Numbered from the stretch's first letter, positions 1-9,940 are shown. The stretch: DNA of 64,000 nt from Candidatus Bathyarchaeota archaeon (GCA_963767735.1 CAVYES010000006.1:548169-612168), one strand, 5' to 3'. Notes: generated from the letters alone by a model not told the origin. Translations and numbers: made by a program.

Positions 1-58
1 CGCCAACAACGAAAAAGGCACTATTGACTATCGCAAAAAATGGGTAATAGAAGGCAAA

Positions 59-394
59 TTGACGACATCGCACACGGTAGGCAAACATACGTTCGTTAGT
101 CTCGCGGGGCTTCACGGCATAAGCCTTGACGAATGTTCCGACCAATGCGGCACTGACCCAACAACAATCAAAGACTTCTATCATGGCACGCTGGGGGATA
201 AACGTCGAGCATCAATCTTAGGCGAAAAAACCTTTGAAACTTGGCGGGATTGGATAGAAAAGGAAGGCGGAATCGATGAGCTATACAATAAACGCTATGA
301 CGAATTGCTGAAGCAAAACAAAGCAGCCGTTGACCTCAACGCAGTCGCACAAGAAGAGGCAGCCATGACAGAGCTTGCAGAGGATGAAGAGTAA
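59..394 (+). CDS. hypothetical protein, probably the C-terminal part of a gene entering from the left (virus-like region)
   Basis: Frame is open upstream towards the window edge; acidic C-terminus; no recognised motif. Confidence 0.55.
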   Translation: MTTSHTVGKHTFVSLAGLHGISLDECSDQCGTDPTTIKDFYHGTLGDKRRASILGEKTFETWRDWIEKEGGIDELYNKRYDELLKQNKAAVDLNAVAQEEAAMTELAEDEE

Positions 395-467
395 TGTGCA
401 GCCTTCAATGGGTAACAACAAAGAAAAAACGGGTTGGATTGCCAACCTACCCTTTTTCTAATCAACG

Positions 468-1178
468 GTGATTTTCATGGTTGAAAAGAACCCACAGCCA
501 AAACCTACTAAGCTGGGAATAAGCCTCCGCCCCGAAGATGCTGAGCTATTAGACCAAGTAAAAACCGACAAGAACCTGTTTAGCCGAAAAGACGCCCTGC
601 ATGTGATTTTCGATAAATGGCGAGGTACCGCCAAAGACGAAGCAAAACAAGAAACCCCAGAGATAGATTGCGAGTTTTTCCTTTCCGCAAATAAAAAATT
701 GTACTGCGTTTATGAATCCTATGGTCGCCATCGCCCATTAATTTCAGCCGAAGAATGCAGCAAATGTAAAATTCACTTATGGAAACTTCCCCAGAAAACT
801 AAGGTCATTCCACGGTGCCCGAAAACAACAGGACTCTATAACCCTGACCTCTGTAATGCTTGTTTCCAACAAGAACCGACAACCTTCGCAAACTGTGAGA
901 CACAACAATTTTTCAGGTCAAAAGAACCGAAAGCAGAAACCCGCAAAATCGAAAAAGAGCAGCCTTCACCAAAAACTGACGAAATCGAAAGACTCACGGA
1001 AAAGGAAAGAATAAAGACTGAAGCACTTAAGGAACGAACAAGCATCGCGCTTGAAGCTAAAAAAGAAGAGGCGAAACTAAAGCGTACTCAGCATTCTTTC
1101 AGTGGAAAACCGAGAGTTGATTGGGGCGATTCTTACGCTGATACCTCTTCTCTTGGCGACGGCTACAGAGGGTACTAA
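468..1178 (+). CDS. putative ribbon-helix-helix DNA-binding protein with Cys-rich middle region
   Basis: N-terminal KLGISLRPEDAELLDQVK...SRKDALHVIF has an RHH pattern; CxxC pairs (CSKC, CNAC). Confidence 0.55.
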   Translation: MIFMVEKNPQPKPTKLGISLRPEDAELLDQVKTDKNLFSRKDALHVIFDKWRGTAKDEAKQETPEIDCEFFLSANKKLYCVYESYGRHRPLISAEECSKCKIHLWKLPQKTKVIPRCPKTTGLYNPDLCNACFQQEPTTFANCETQQFFRSKEPKAETRKIEKEQPSPKTDEIERLTEKERIKTEALKERTSIALEAKKEEAKLKRTQHSFSGKPRVDWGDSYADTSSLGDGYRGY

Positions 1179-1180
1179 GC

Positions 1181-1813
1181 ATGACTGAAGAACCCAGCGC
1201 CCAGCCCATAGAACCCGAAGCCGAAACCGAGCCAAAAACCGTGTCAATGGGAATACGTTTCACTAAAGCCGACTTAGATGTTATAGACGCTGTCAGAGGA
1301 GAGCGAACAAAAACTCAATACGCACACGACGCAGTTGTTATGTGGAGCGCGCTTGAAAGATTATTAGCGCCGTATTTGCCGACAATGGCAATAGACCCCA
1401 AAGGCAGAACAGCACCGCTTTTAATTTGCGACGCATTGGAGTTTTATCTCCAACCCGTAACCAACCCGCCAACATGGAACGTGAGAAAAGGCACTGAGAC
1501 CATTGAACAGCTTAAAGACCTTAACGAATTAGCTAAGCTATTTGTTGACCCCGCAGAGGCAGACAAATATCGCGGAAACTCCACTTTAGCGGAATTTGTT
1601 AGCGAAAGCGTAACCGCCCAGCTTAAGGTTGCTAAGATGCTTGAAACCGAGAAGAAAAAACGGGCAGTAGTTTTAAAGCATGATTGCGGCGAAAAATACG
1701 ACGTACTCCATAGCGGCAATGACGTGTTTTTGACTTGCGTCAAGTGCCATAAAAGCGAGAAGTTGACGAAAGAAGCCTATGAGCAGTGGCTAACCGAGGC
1801 GGCGAAAGCATGA
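1181..1813 (+). CDS. putative RHH protein with C-terminal Zn ribbon
   Basis: VSMGIRFTKADLDVIDAVRG...TQYAHDAV; HDC...CVKC; starts 2 nt after the upstream stop. Confidence 0.55.
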   Translation: MTEEPSAQPIEPEAETEPKTVSMGIRFTKADLDVIDAVRGERTKTQYAHDAVVMWSALERLLAPYLPTMAIDPKGRTAPLLICDALEFYLQPVTNPPTWNVRKGTETIEQLKDLNELAKLFVDPAEADKYRGNSTLAEFVSESVTAQLKVAKMLETEKKKRAVVLKHDCGEKYDVLHSGNDVFLTCVKCHKSEKLTKEAYEQWLTEAAKA

Positions 1814-2625
1814 CTACCCAAGAGAACCCAATGAAATATCTGCTCTTAGTTCCCCTTCACAACAGCGCGCATCTTTTGCCCTTTTTCTTCGCATCGCTTA
1901 GAAGCATGAACCCGAAACCCGACTATATCGTATGGTATCCCAACAACAACATAGACGACACAGTTCAAACGCTAAAGACCTTCCAAGATATTCCGTCAGA
2001 AATCATTGAATACCCTGATTTTCCGAGTGATTTCGCCAAAAAAAACGGTGCATTTGAAGCTATAAGCGTTGTTCGTCAGCGTCTTTGGGAACGTGCCCGA
2101 GAACTCAATAGCGAATGGACTTTTATGTGCGACCAAGACCACTTTACCGTTTCACCTGACCTAATCGACATACTAAGCACTTGGAACGTTGACTTTGTAG
2201 TTACTCCCCAGATGCGTTATTGCCTTAATACTAACCCGCCAGAAATAAGTTTAGACGCATGGTATTCTCTGAATGGAAAGGTAATGAAAGCGCATCCCAA
2301 GTTTTACAGTCATGACCTAATTCCTCAAAAACTAACAGTTTGTCGCATCGCGGAAGTACCAAGAATGCCTCTTATGCCAAACATGAAATTAGTGCATGGA
2401 TTTTACTGTTTCAGCCGTCGATTTGTACAAGACCGTCGTCAAAATTGGAATCCTATGCTACCGACCGACTCGATTTATTATAGTGACGATACAGCATTTG
2501 CTTACAGCGCCCGAAAACTCGGTTATAACATTCACATGGATGGCATTGGCATTATCGACCATCTTATCTATGACGGAATTAGAGGGAAAGAAGTTTGGGA
2601 GCATCGATATTGTCTAAAACAATGA
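1810..2625 (+). CDS. GT-A fold (family 2-like) glycosyltransferase
   Basis: LLLVPLHNS strand 1, NNNIDDT, DxD motif (MCDQD), SDDTAF; ATGA overlap with upstream stop. Confidence 0.7.
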   Translation: MTTQENPMKYLLLVPLHNSAHLLPFFFASLRSMNPKPDYIVWYPNNNIDDTVQTLKTFQDIPSEIIEYPDFPSDFAKKNGAFEAISVVRQRLWERARELNSEWTFMCDQDHFTVSPDLIDILSTWNVDFVVTPQMRYCLNTNPPEISLDAWYSLNGKVMKAHPKFYSHDLIPQKLTVCRIAEVPRMPLMPNMKLVHGFYCFSRRFVQDRRQNWNPMLPTDSIYYSDDTAFAYSARKLGYNIHMDGIGIIDHLIYDGIRGKEVWEHRYCLKQ

Positions 2626-2675
2626 CCCCGATAGTTTCCCAAAGGCTTTAAAGCCCAAACAACCTATTTCTTTTT

Positions 2676-3062
2676 ATGGTTCAAGAAGAAAACGAGTTTA
2701 AAGAAGTAGTTTTTGAAGTATGCTCTAAGTGTAGTCAATGTGGTTCCGTGTTGAGAGCTTACGATAAAAATTCAAAGCAAACTCGCTGTTATAAATGCAA
2801 TAAAAAACAACCTAATTCTCGCATTGACATCGAGAGCCTTCCCTTTGAGCCTAACCCACCTGACTTATCGTATCTTGAAGAAAAAATAACTTTGACAAAT
2901 TTACATCCGTTTCGCCGTCAAGGTTTATCATGCCGTTGTTGTGGTAGCAAAAACGAGATGCTTTGGATTGAAGGAAAAACTGTTTATTTAATCTGCGCTG
3001 ATTGCAAAAAGGATAAGGGAAAAGAGCCTTTCATTGAAGGCAAACTATTGATTGAAAAATGA
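2676..3062 (+). CDS. multi-CxxC zinc-finger protein
   Basis: CSKCSQC, CYKC, CRCC, CADC. Confidence 0.6.
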   Translation: MVQEENEFKEVVFEVCSKCSQCGSVLRAYDKNSKQTRCYKCNKKQPNSRIDIESLPFEPNPPDLSYLEEKITLTNLHPFRRQGLSCRCCGSKNEMLWIEGKTVYLICADCKKDKGKEPFIEGKLLIEK

Positions 3063-3165
3063 GGGGATACCCTTTAAGCCCTGCGGGGCACTTCTTTTGA
3101 AATGTTTAAGAAAGTGTTCACCCTCCCGAAAAAAAGCTAAAAAATACGCAACAACAAAATAGGCT

Positions 3166-4266
3166 TTAGAATAAAAGTGTGCAATAAGCTACTTCTGGAA
3201 CTGTTGGGGATGGGGAAGCAGTTGTAGCAGTGTTTATCACCGAGACCGTACCGCTGCCTACATTTGTGACATAGGCATATGCGCCGTCAGGCGTTATGGC
3301 CACACCACTAGGAGCATTTAAACCGGTTACATTCGCCGTCACCGTATTAGTCGCAGTGCTGATCACTGAGACCGTAGTGCCGCCGGAATTTGGGACATAG
3401 GCGTATGCGCCGTCAAGCGTTATAGCCACACCAGTAGGAATGCTTCCTACGGTTACTGTCGTCGTCACTGTATTCGTTGCAGTGTTTATCACCGAGACCG
3501 AACCGCCTCCGGAGTTTGCAACATAAACGTATGCTCCGTTGGGTGTTACAGCCAAACCAACAGGAGTGCTTCCAACGGTTACTGTCGCCGTTACCGTGTT
3601 CGTAGCTGTGTTTATCACCGAGACCGTGCCGCTGCCTACATTTGTAACATAGGCGTATGCGTCGTCAGGCGTTACACGAACACCACTAGGACTGCTTAAA
3701 CCGGTTATCGTCGCAGTCACCGAATTCGACGAGGTGTTTATCACCGAGACCGTGCCGCTGCCGTAATTTGCAACATAAACATAATCGCTGTTGGGCGTTA
3801 CAGCGACACCATGAGGACTGGTTCCAACGGTTACTGTCGCCGTTACCGTGTTCGTAGCTGTGTTTATCACCGAGACCGTGCCGCTGCCGTAATTTGCAAC
3901 ATAAACATAATCGCCGTTGGGCGTCACAACAACACCCGTAGGACTGGTTCCAACGGTTACTGTCGCCGTTACCGTGTTCGTAGCAGTACTTATCACCGAG
4001 ACCGTATCACTGCCTCCGGAGTTTGCAACATAAACGTATGCTCCGTTAGGCGTTACAGCCATACCAGTTGGACCGTTTAAACCGGTTACTGTCGCCGTCA
4101 CCGTATTAATAGCTTGAACTGGCTGAGGCAACAAAACGAAAGCACAGATTAAGAAGGAGATGAGGAGAAGGACGCAGCTAACCCTCAGAGTCTTGGTTAT
4201 CCCTTTCGCCATTCTTTCATTTAGCGCGTGCGCTGTGCTGTTTTTATTTATTATTTTTCCGTTCAT
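3166..4266 (-). CDS. secreted YVTN (YncE-like) beta-propeller repeat protein
   Basis: Signal peptide; seven ~42-aa repeats (P.GVAVTPNG.YVYVAN.GSGTVSVINTATNTVTATV); GGAGGTGA SD before ATG 4266. Confidence 0.9.
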   Translation of the reverse strand: MNGKIINKNSTAHALNERMAKGITKTLRVSCVLLLISFLICAFVLLPQPVQAINTVTATVTGLNGPTGMAVTPNGAYVYVANSGGSDTVSVISTATNTVTATVTVGTSPTGVVVTPNGDYVYVANYGSGTVSVINTATNTVTATVTVGTSPHGVAVTPNSDYVYVANYGSGTVSVINTSSNSVTATITGLSSPSGVRVTPDDAYAYVTNVGSGTVSVINTATNTVTATVTVGSTPVGLAVTPNGAYVYVANSGGGSVSVINTATNTVTTTVTVGSIPTGVAITLDGAYAYVPNSGGTTVSVISTATNTVTANVTGLNAPSGVAITPDGAYAYVTNVGSGTVSVINTATTASPSPTVPEVAYCTLLF

Positions 4267-4493
4267 CTTTTTCACCTCCCTTCGGTGGTGCATAGAATAG
4301 TCTTGCGTAATCCACTTCTGATTCACTTATGAGCTAAATTAGAAAACAACTTGGTCTGATAAAGAATTTGCGTGAAACGTTTCTGTCAAAAACCAAAATG
4401 TTCCTCTTGGCTTGAACCATACGTTTAGCATGCAATTTGGAAAAATCCATAAATAACGGCAATTATATAAATTCATGCTTAAGCTGAGTTTCA

Positions 4494-4667
4494 ATGACCA
4501 AGAACAACAACCAAGAAAACTATGTTACTCTCAAGGTGCCTAAAGCATTGGCAGACGAAATAGACCAACTTATCGCGTCTGGTACGCTTGGTTACAGAAG
4601 CCGAGCTGAAATGGTAAATGACGCCATAAGACATAGAATAGAAGAACTTTTAGTTCAAAAGAAATAG
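4494..4667 (+). CDS. CopG/ribbon-helix-helix protein, 57 aa (absent from ORF track)
   Basis: Translated by hand: MTKNNNQENYVTLKVPKALADEIDQLIASGTLGYRSRAEMVNDAIRHRIEELLVQKK; TTATATAA upstream. Confidence 0.8.
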   Translation: MTKNNNQENYVTLKVPKALADEIDQLIASGTLGYRSRAEMVNDAIRHRIEELLVQKK

Positions 4668-4824
4668 AATATGATTAGCTAAGTTTATTTCTATTCTGTA
4701 AAATCATTAAACGGTAGGGCTTTTGCCGAGTACGTTCTAAGGTCTAGTTCTCTTCTATTGTCTAATTAATATCGATACTGCTTATCTGGTTACTTTAAGG
4801 CAAAAAAGCATTTACTGAGGTGAT

Positions 4825-4983
4825 TTGATTAGTGAAGAAAAATTTGATAGCGAAGGTTTCGAGAAACTTAAAGCTGCATTCAACGAGTACGAGGCAGAGC
4901 AAAAAGAGCGTTTCAAAAACTCCAGCGTAGGCCTCCTAAAAAGTAGCAAAGCTCCGCAGGAGGCTAATGCACGCATTCATTGA
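4825..4983 (+). CDS. small hypothetical protein, 52 aa
   Basis: GAGGTGA SD, TTG start, (M)ISEEKFDSEGFEKLKAAFNEYEAEQKERF... Confidence 0.45.
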   Translation: MISEEKFDSEGFEKLKAAFNEYEAEQKERFKNSSVGLLKSSKAPQEANARIH

Positions 4984-5213
4984 CGCGGTGAGGAATGGAT
5001 TGAATGTTTGATTACAATTAATTTCATTCGAATAAAGAGGCGAGCCCACTTGGACTTGAACTCAAGTGGGGTCTCAGTCTAATAGGACATTTCGGTAAAA
5101 TGTTTAGGCGCGCACTTTCATAGAGGGCCAAATTTCGCGTTTATTTTCTTGCTGCCAAAAAAATGTTGACCTAAGGCAAAGCTTATTTGTCGGTCACTAC
5201 TTTTTCCAAAAGC

Positions 5214-5810
5214 ATGATTTTACAAAGAACATTTTATGAAAGAGACGTCATAACAGTTGCGAAAGAGTTGTTAGGAAAAATAATAGTGCATGAACAGCCT
5301 GAAGCTGTGACTGCTGGCAGAATAGTTGAGACTGAAGCGTACATGGGTCCTGAAGATCAGGCTGCGCATAGTTATGGTGGTCGCAGAACGGCAAGGAACG
5401 AGGTTATGTATGGAGAGAAAGGACATGCCTACGTTTATTTTGTTTATGGAATGTATTTCTGCATTAATATTACTGCTGGGAATTCGCCTGGGAAGCCTGA
5501 GGCAGTTCTACTGCGAGCCCTTGAGCCAGTGGCTGGTGAGGAAGTAATGGCTAAACGCAGGCGAGTTGTTCCAGGAAAAATTGCTAACCTGACCAATGGT
5601 CCCGGACGGCTTTGCATGGCGATGGGCATAACGAAGGAGCACAACAAAATGGAGGTCACAACTCCACCTTTGTACGTTAAAGATGCCACACCTGTTCCTC
5701 AAGAGGAAATTGTTCAAACAACTCGTATAGGCGTGGCATATGCGGGAAAATGGAAGGAAGAGCCATGGCGATTTTACATGAGAGGAAACGAGTATGTCTC
5801 AGTGAAGTAA
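5214..5810 (+). CDS. mpg: 3-methyladenine DNA glycosylase (AAG/MPG family)
   Basis: GRIVETEAY, AYVYFVYGMY, AVLLRALEP, NGPGRLC, RIGV...PWRF. Confidence 0.93.
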   Translation: MILQRTFYERDVITVAKELLGKIIVHEQPEAVTAGRIVETEAYMGPEDQAAHSYGGRRTARNEVMYGEKGHAYVYFVYGMYFCINITAGNSPGKPEAVLLRALEPVAGEEVMAKRRRVVPGKIANLTNGPGRLCMAMGITKEHNKMEVTTPPLYVKDATPVPQEEIVQTTRIGVAYAGKWKEEPWRFYMRGNEYVSVK

Positions 5811-6027
5811 TCGCTTTGAACTCTTTCCTTCACCATTGGGCAACTACAAGTTCACCGTTAGAAGCAGGATTTAATTTCATGCGCATCCCACACAAAAATT
5901 TGGAATATTCACATCAGTTTATTCGGAAACCAATATTTTTTCTTTAGACCACCATACTTGTCTGTCACAAAGCTTAAGAGAAATCGTCTCTTCATAAATG
6001 TATCAACCTATCATGGGGAGGTTGTTT

Positions 6028-6384
6028 ATGCCTATTCTTTTGAAACGCGCTTACATAAAACCAGATGTTGATGATGGCGAACGGATTCTGGTGGAACGGC
6101 TTTGGCCTAGGGGTTTAAAGAAGGAGAACGCTAAGGTTGATGAGTGGTTGAAGGATGCGGCGCCGAGCAGCGAGTTGAGAAAGTGGTATGGGCATGACCC
6201 AGCTAAATGGCTTGAATTTAAGACGCGGTACTGGTCTGAGCTAAAAGAGAAAAAGGATGTTGTTGAAAAGCTAAGGGTTGAATCTGCCAGCCACACGGTG
6301 ACGTTTCTTTTCGGTTCTAGGGAAGAGAAACTAAACAGTGCAGCCGCCTTAAAAGAATACATAGAAGCTAAGTTTTCCAAATAA
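6028..6384 (+). CDS. DUF488 (YeaO-like) protein
   Basis: LKRAY...DGERILVERLWPRGLKKE...APSSELRKWYGHDP. Confidence 0.88.
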   Translation: MPILLKRAYIKPDVDDGERILVERLWPRGLKKENAKVDEWLKDAAPSSELRKWYGHDPAKWLEFKTRYWSELKEKKDVVEKLRVESASHTVTFLFGSREEKLNSAAALKEYIEAKFSK

Positions 6385-6522
6385 TTTGTGCCCTTAGAAA
6401 TCGATTAGGCCGGGAGCCTTACCGTCACGTTTGAAGGTGTTGTAGTTGGTAGGTAATTAAAACAAACTGTAGCTTTGGAGAGGGGCAATTAATTTTTGGT
6501 CATCGTTAATAATGTTTATCTG

Positions 6523-6540
6523 TGTATGTGTACACATACA
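6523..6540. promoter_or_regulatory. perfect 18-bp palindrome, likely vapBC autorepression operator
   Basis: TGTATGTGTACACATACA lies between a TTTAT box and the antitoxin ATG at 6547. Confidence 0.7.
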
Positions 6541-6546
6541 TTGAGT

Positions 6547-6786
6547 ATGGGTACCAAAACCATTTCCATAACAGAAGAGGCATATAATGCGTTGTTGCGT
6601 GAAAAAATATACGGGGAAAGCTTCACAGAAACCATACTCCGCATTACAAAAAAAACTGGCAAAATTGAAGATTGTTTCGGGTCGTGGAAGATGACAGATA
6701 CTGAGGAAGAAGCCATCTATAGCGAGCTTTCGAAAGGATGGCAATTAACACAAGAGCGAATAACCAATGAGATGCCTCGACACTGA
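6547..6786 (+). CDS. vapB: VapB-type antitoxin (DUF217-like)
   Basis: TKTISITEEAYNALLREK..GESFTETILR; overlaps downstream PIN gene. Confidence 0.85.
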   Translation: MGTKTISITEEAYNALLREKIYGESFTETILRITKKTGKIEDCFGSWKMTDTEEEAIYSELSKGWQLTQERITNEMPRH

Positions 6787-7159
6787 CTTGCTTGTCTCTA
6801 TCTTGCGCGGTGAGGACGAAGCACGAAAAATAGTTGTCGAACTCGACGAAGAAGCTAAAGGCGCAACGACATCAATCAACGCCTTTGAAATCTTTTTCGG
6901 CGCGTACAAATCGGAGAGAAAAGACGAAAACGTAAAGGAAACCACAAAACTACTCAAAAGACTAATGGTTTTTTCCTTGGACCTTTCATCCGCTCAACGA
7001 GTCGCTCAAATATCTGCGACACTTGCCGCAAGCGGAGAAACAATTGACTTTAGAGACGCAATGATAGCTGCAATAGCCTTGGATAACAACTTGACACTTA
7101 TTACTCGTAACAAAGCCCACTTCAAAAGAGTAAAAAACTTGAAGATAGAAGAATGGTAA
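6767..7159 (+). CDS. vapC: VapC PIN-domain toxin
   Basis: CLDTDLLV, E, DAMIAAIA, LITRNKAHF. Confidence 0.92.
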   Translation: MRCLDTDLLVSILRGEDEARKIVVELDEEAKGATTSINAFEIFFGAYKSERKDENVKETTKLLKRLMVFSLDLSSAQRVAQISATLAASGETIDFRDAMIAAIALDNNLTLITRNKAHFKRVKNLKIEEW

Positions 7160-7473
7160 GCTCCACCTTTCCTGTATCGAGGAAAACTACAATTAAGCGA
7201 TTGTAAGCAGCGGAATCCAAGTTTAGGGACACTTTTATTCAAATGACCTCAAAAATACCTTCCAAAAATTCGCTGAAATGGACGCTACCCTAAATTTACT
7301 AATGAGACAAATCGAGGATGATTCTGACTGGACTTACCCACCTCCCCACGGGGATCAGAATCTTGCGGAAAAAGGCGACTTTAAGCAAAAAGTGCAGGGG
7401 GTTAGGTTTACACCCACGTTTAAATTTCACGCAAGAAAGCAAAGCCTTCTGAAATTGGTAGATAAAGAATATT

Positions 7474-8058
7474 TCAGGCACTATGCAGCTTAATCATCAA
7501 GGAGTTTTCTGTCGTTTCAATTTCAGGCGGAGTACCAATTGCACTTTTTGCTGCTTCCTCTATGAAAATAGAAAGGAATTTTGATCCTTTTTTTCCGAGC
7601 TCGTGTCTGGCAACTAAAATGTGTTTTCCTTTTTCGTCGAACTCTTCCTCTAGCTCGGCAATTTTTCCATATCTGAAGATGTTAGAGACTGCAGAAAGAA
7701 AACTGCTTGCGTTAACTTGTTTGAACCAAAATATCATTGCCTCTTTTGGCAAGGTCGAACCCAGCTTACGTGCGATGTTTTCCAACTGTTCATCGTTCAA
7801 CGCTTCTATCATCGATCGAAGGATTTCACGTTGTATCGACACTATGCCAAATTTGTCAGTGAATCTGCCCCAATCGATGTATTGTATCAAAACGTTAGAG
7901 ATTAGTGTGTTGAGACTAACCTGTTTTTCCAGCGCAGTCTTTTGAAGAAGTTGATCTACCTCTTCAGAAATTCGAACTGTTCTGAGTATTGTTTTTCTCT
8001 TCTTTTTCGCTTTTTTATTTATTCCCTGAAACATTGCCCCTAATTCTCCTTGTTTCAT
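7474..8058 (-). CDS. RHH-type transcription regulator with C-terminal effector-like domain
   Basis: TILRTVRISEEVDQLLQKTALEKQVSLNTLISNVL; divergent from membrane gene. Confidence 0.65.
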   Translation of the reverse strand: MKQGELGAMFQGINKKAKKKRKTILRTVRISEEVDQLLQKTALEKQVSLNTLISNVLIQYIDWGRFTDKFGIVSIQREILRSMIEALNDEQLENIARKLGSTLPKEAMIFWFKQVNASSFLSAVSNIFRYGKIAELEEEFDEKGKHILVARHELGKKGSKFLSIFIEEAAKSAIGTPPEIETTENSLMIKLHSA

Positions 8059-8132
8059 GGTTTAATAAAATATTTAATTTGTTACACAATGTGCACACTA
8101 AAGATATATGTCCTTTCCAAAATATCTAGTCC

Positions 8133-8624
8133 GTGAGGCAGTTGATTATTGTGCTATCGTTTTTTGAGTCTGCTTTGATGGTTACGGCAGTTGCCATAAA
8201 TGGGATACTTGCAGGGATTAGTATTGAGCGTTCCATTATTGAACTACCAGCTTGGAGTAGCGTCAATTTGTCGGGTTTTCATGATTACAGTCTAGCAGCA
8301 GATTTAGACAGGGGACTGATATTTTATCCAGCAATAGAGGTGATTGCTGCTGCTCTAGTGATTGCAGCGGCGGTGGCGGGCGCTGCGGCGGGATTATCAT
8401 TTAACGGCCTGATGTTGCTATATGTTTCAGCAGTTTTGTCAGTTCTGCACAGCCTTATTACTACAAGGGCTGCTCCCAACATGTTGAGCCTTCGCAATAA
8501 GGCATTGAACAAAGACGAAGTGAAAGCGAGGTTTGACCGATTCAAGAAGTGGCAGGATAGACGTGCTACACTGCAACTCTTGACATTTCTCAGCATTCTT
8601 CTAGCGTTCGCAGCCTTTGTTTGA
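8133..8624 (+). CDS. DUF1772/anthrone oxygenase-like membrane protein
   Basis: Four TM segments; PAW, APN, C-terminal RF..W...R. Confidence 0.6.
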   Translation: MRQLIIVLSFFESALMVTAVAINGILAGISIERSIIELPAWSSVNLSGFHDYSLAADLDRGLIFYPAIEVIAAALVIAAAVAGAAAGLSFNGLMLLYVSAVLSVLHSLITTRAAPNMLSLRNKALNKDEVKARFDRFKKWQDRRATLQLLTFLSILLAFAAFV

Positions 8625-8700
8625 ACATTGCGGCCTGATGAGATGCGGTTAATTATTTAATCGAATCCGTTCGCTGTGAACAAAAAGCGAGAGTCCTTTC

Positions 8701-8741
8701 TGGCGCTTTGAGGGGGTAATTGCACCTTTTTACCAGTAAAA
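8701..8741. repeat. distal att-like site (degenerate tRNA-Ser end plus right arm)
   Basis: TGGCGCtttGAGGGGGtaattGCACCTTTTTACCAGTAAAA. Confidence 0.6.
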
Positions 8742-8970
8742 AACATTTTTGAAGCCATCATTGACATGTGACCAGCCAACAGTCTGTGTTCAAATCCCAG
8801 CAGTACACCACGATAATCCAGCCCCTGTTTATACGGAGTCTACTTGCATTTTTTAAGAAGTAACATGACAAACCTGTAGACATTTCAGCGGTTTTGTGGT
8901 AGCAGAATGGAATTTTGCATGCACGAGTTTAATAAGAACCATATACAGTTATGATTTTAAGGCATCTCCT

Positions 8971-9186
8971 ATGAAAATCGGTGTTACTGTACACAAAGAA
9001 GGGAAATTGTATGTCGCAGCCGATCCGGTAACCGGCGTAACTAGTCAAGGGAAAACTTGTGATGAAGCTTTAAAAAGTTTCCAAGAGGCTTTCGAGCTTT
9101 GGTTTGAATGTGCTGAAGACTGGGAGAAGGAACGGGCGTTGAACGGTGAGCCAGTGGCTACCTTGGTTTTGGATTTAAAAATTTAG
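8971..9186 (+). CDS. hicB: HicB-family antitoxin (short form)
   Basis: VHKEGKLYVA..P.TGVTSQGKTCDEALKSFQEAFELWFE. Confidence 0.85.
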   Translation: MKIGVTVHKEGKLYVAADPVTGVTSQGKTCDEALKSFQEAFELWFECAEDWEKERALNGEPVATLVLDLKI

Positions 9187-9406
9187 TTACCAACCAAGTT
9201 AAGAAATTCTTCATCTGGAATCCCTGCTTGGAACAAAATGCCTTTGAGCGTACCAATGGCAATCTTTTGGTGCTTTGGAACCACAACTGTCTCATTTTTC
9301 CATTGTAGAAGCCTTTTAGAATTATATGGCTTCCTCGTTGTCTGACAACTTGAAAACCAAATTTACTTAACGTCTTAATTACTATTCGGTGTGAGTACGG
9401 CTTCAT
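9183..9406 (-). CDS. hicA: HicA-family toxin with one frameshift near 9292
   Basis: GFQVVRQRGSHIIL, then in another frame TVVVPKHQKIAIGTLKGILFQAGIPDEEFLNLVGN*. Confidence 0.8.
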
Positions 9407-9490
9407 CCTCAAATGGATCCTCACTAATCAGTTCAAAATGCTAACAGAAATAACTTGCCCCACCTGAGAGGTCTAGATTCAAATCCAAGC

Positions 9491-9652
9491 GGTCCCACTT
9501 TCGCTTATTTTTACCAGTAAAAACTTTTTGCCTTCATTTCAGAGATTTCACAAATAAGTGCAATTATGGCTTATTTATGTGAGATAAGCTCAAAAACAGC
9601 CTTAAAAAAAGCGCTGGGAGGGGGATCCCAGCACTTTTTTACCAGTAAAAAT
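9491..9652. repeat. attP-like junction 1 (left arm, tRNA-Ser core, right arm)
   Basis: Direct repeat of 22841-23003; palindromes at 9509-9522 and 9637-9650; core GCGCTGGGAGGGGGAT at 9611-9626. Confidence 0.8.
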
Positions 9653-9940
9653 GAGTTTTGACCAATTTCTTAAGCGAGCGGGCCCTATGGGATGCGCTTA
9701 AACTTTTAAGCAAATCCTGAGACCTAAAGCTAAATATTAAAAATGTATTTATTACGAACAACAAATTGAGGCGCACTACGGTTTAATTGGAGACGCCATT
9801 GTTGAAATGTTAACTCAATAACTTTTGTCCTCTGATTAAAATAGAGAAAAAAATGGGACGTTCTTGCTTAAATATTCGTCTCAACGGAGAAACTTTGTCT
9901 CTTCTTCTAACGCGCTCTTCTTTTTTCACCTCTAATTTGT

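Noticed and set aside
3220-4110. 126-bp near-identical tandem DNA repeats
   Set aside because: They are the coding YVTN propeller blades, not CRISPR or DGR repeats.
5041-5095. CCCACTTG...CAAGTGGG hairpin like an IS200/IS605 end
   Set aside because: Single copy, no transposase or TnpB nearby; could be any stem-loop.
7278-7493. 71-aa ORF
   Set aside because: Runs through the 27-bp repeat and has no recognisable features.
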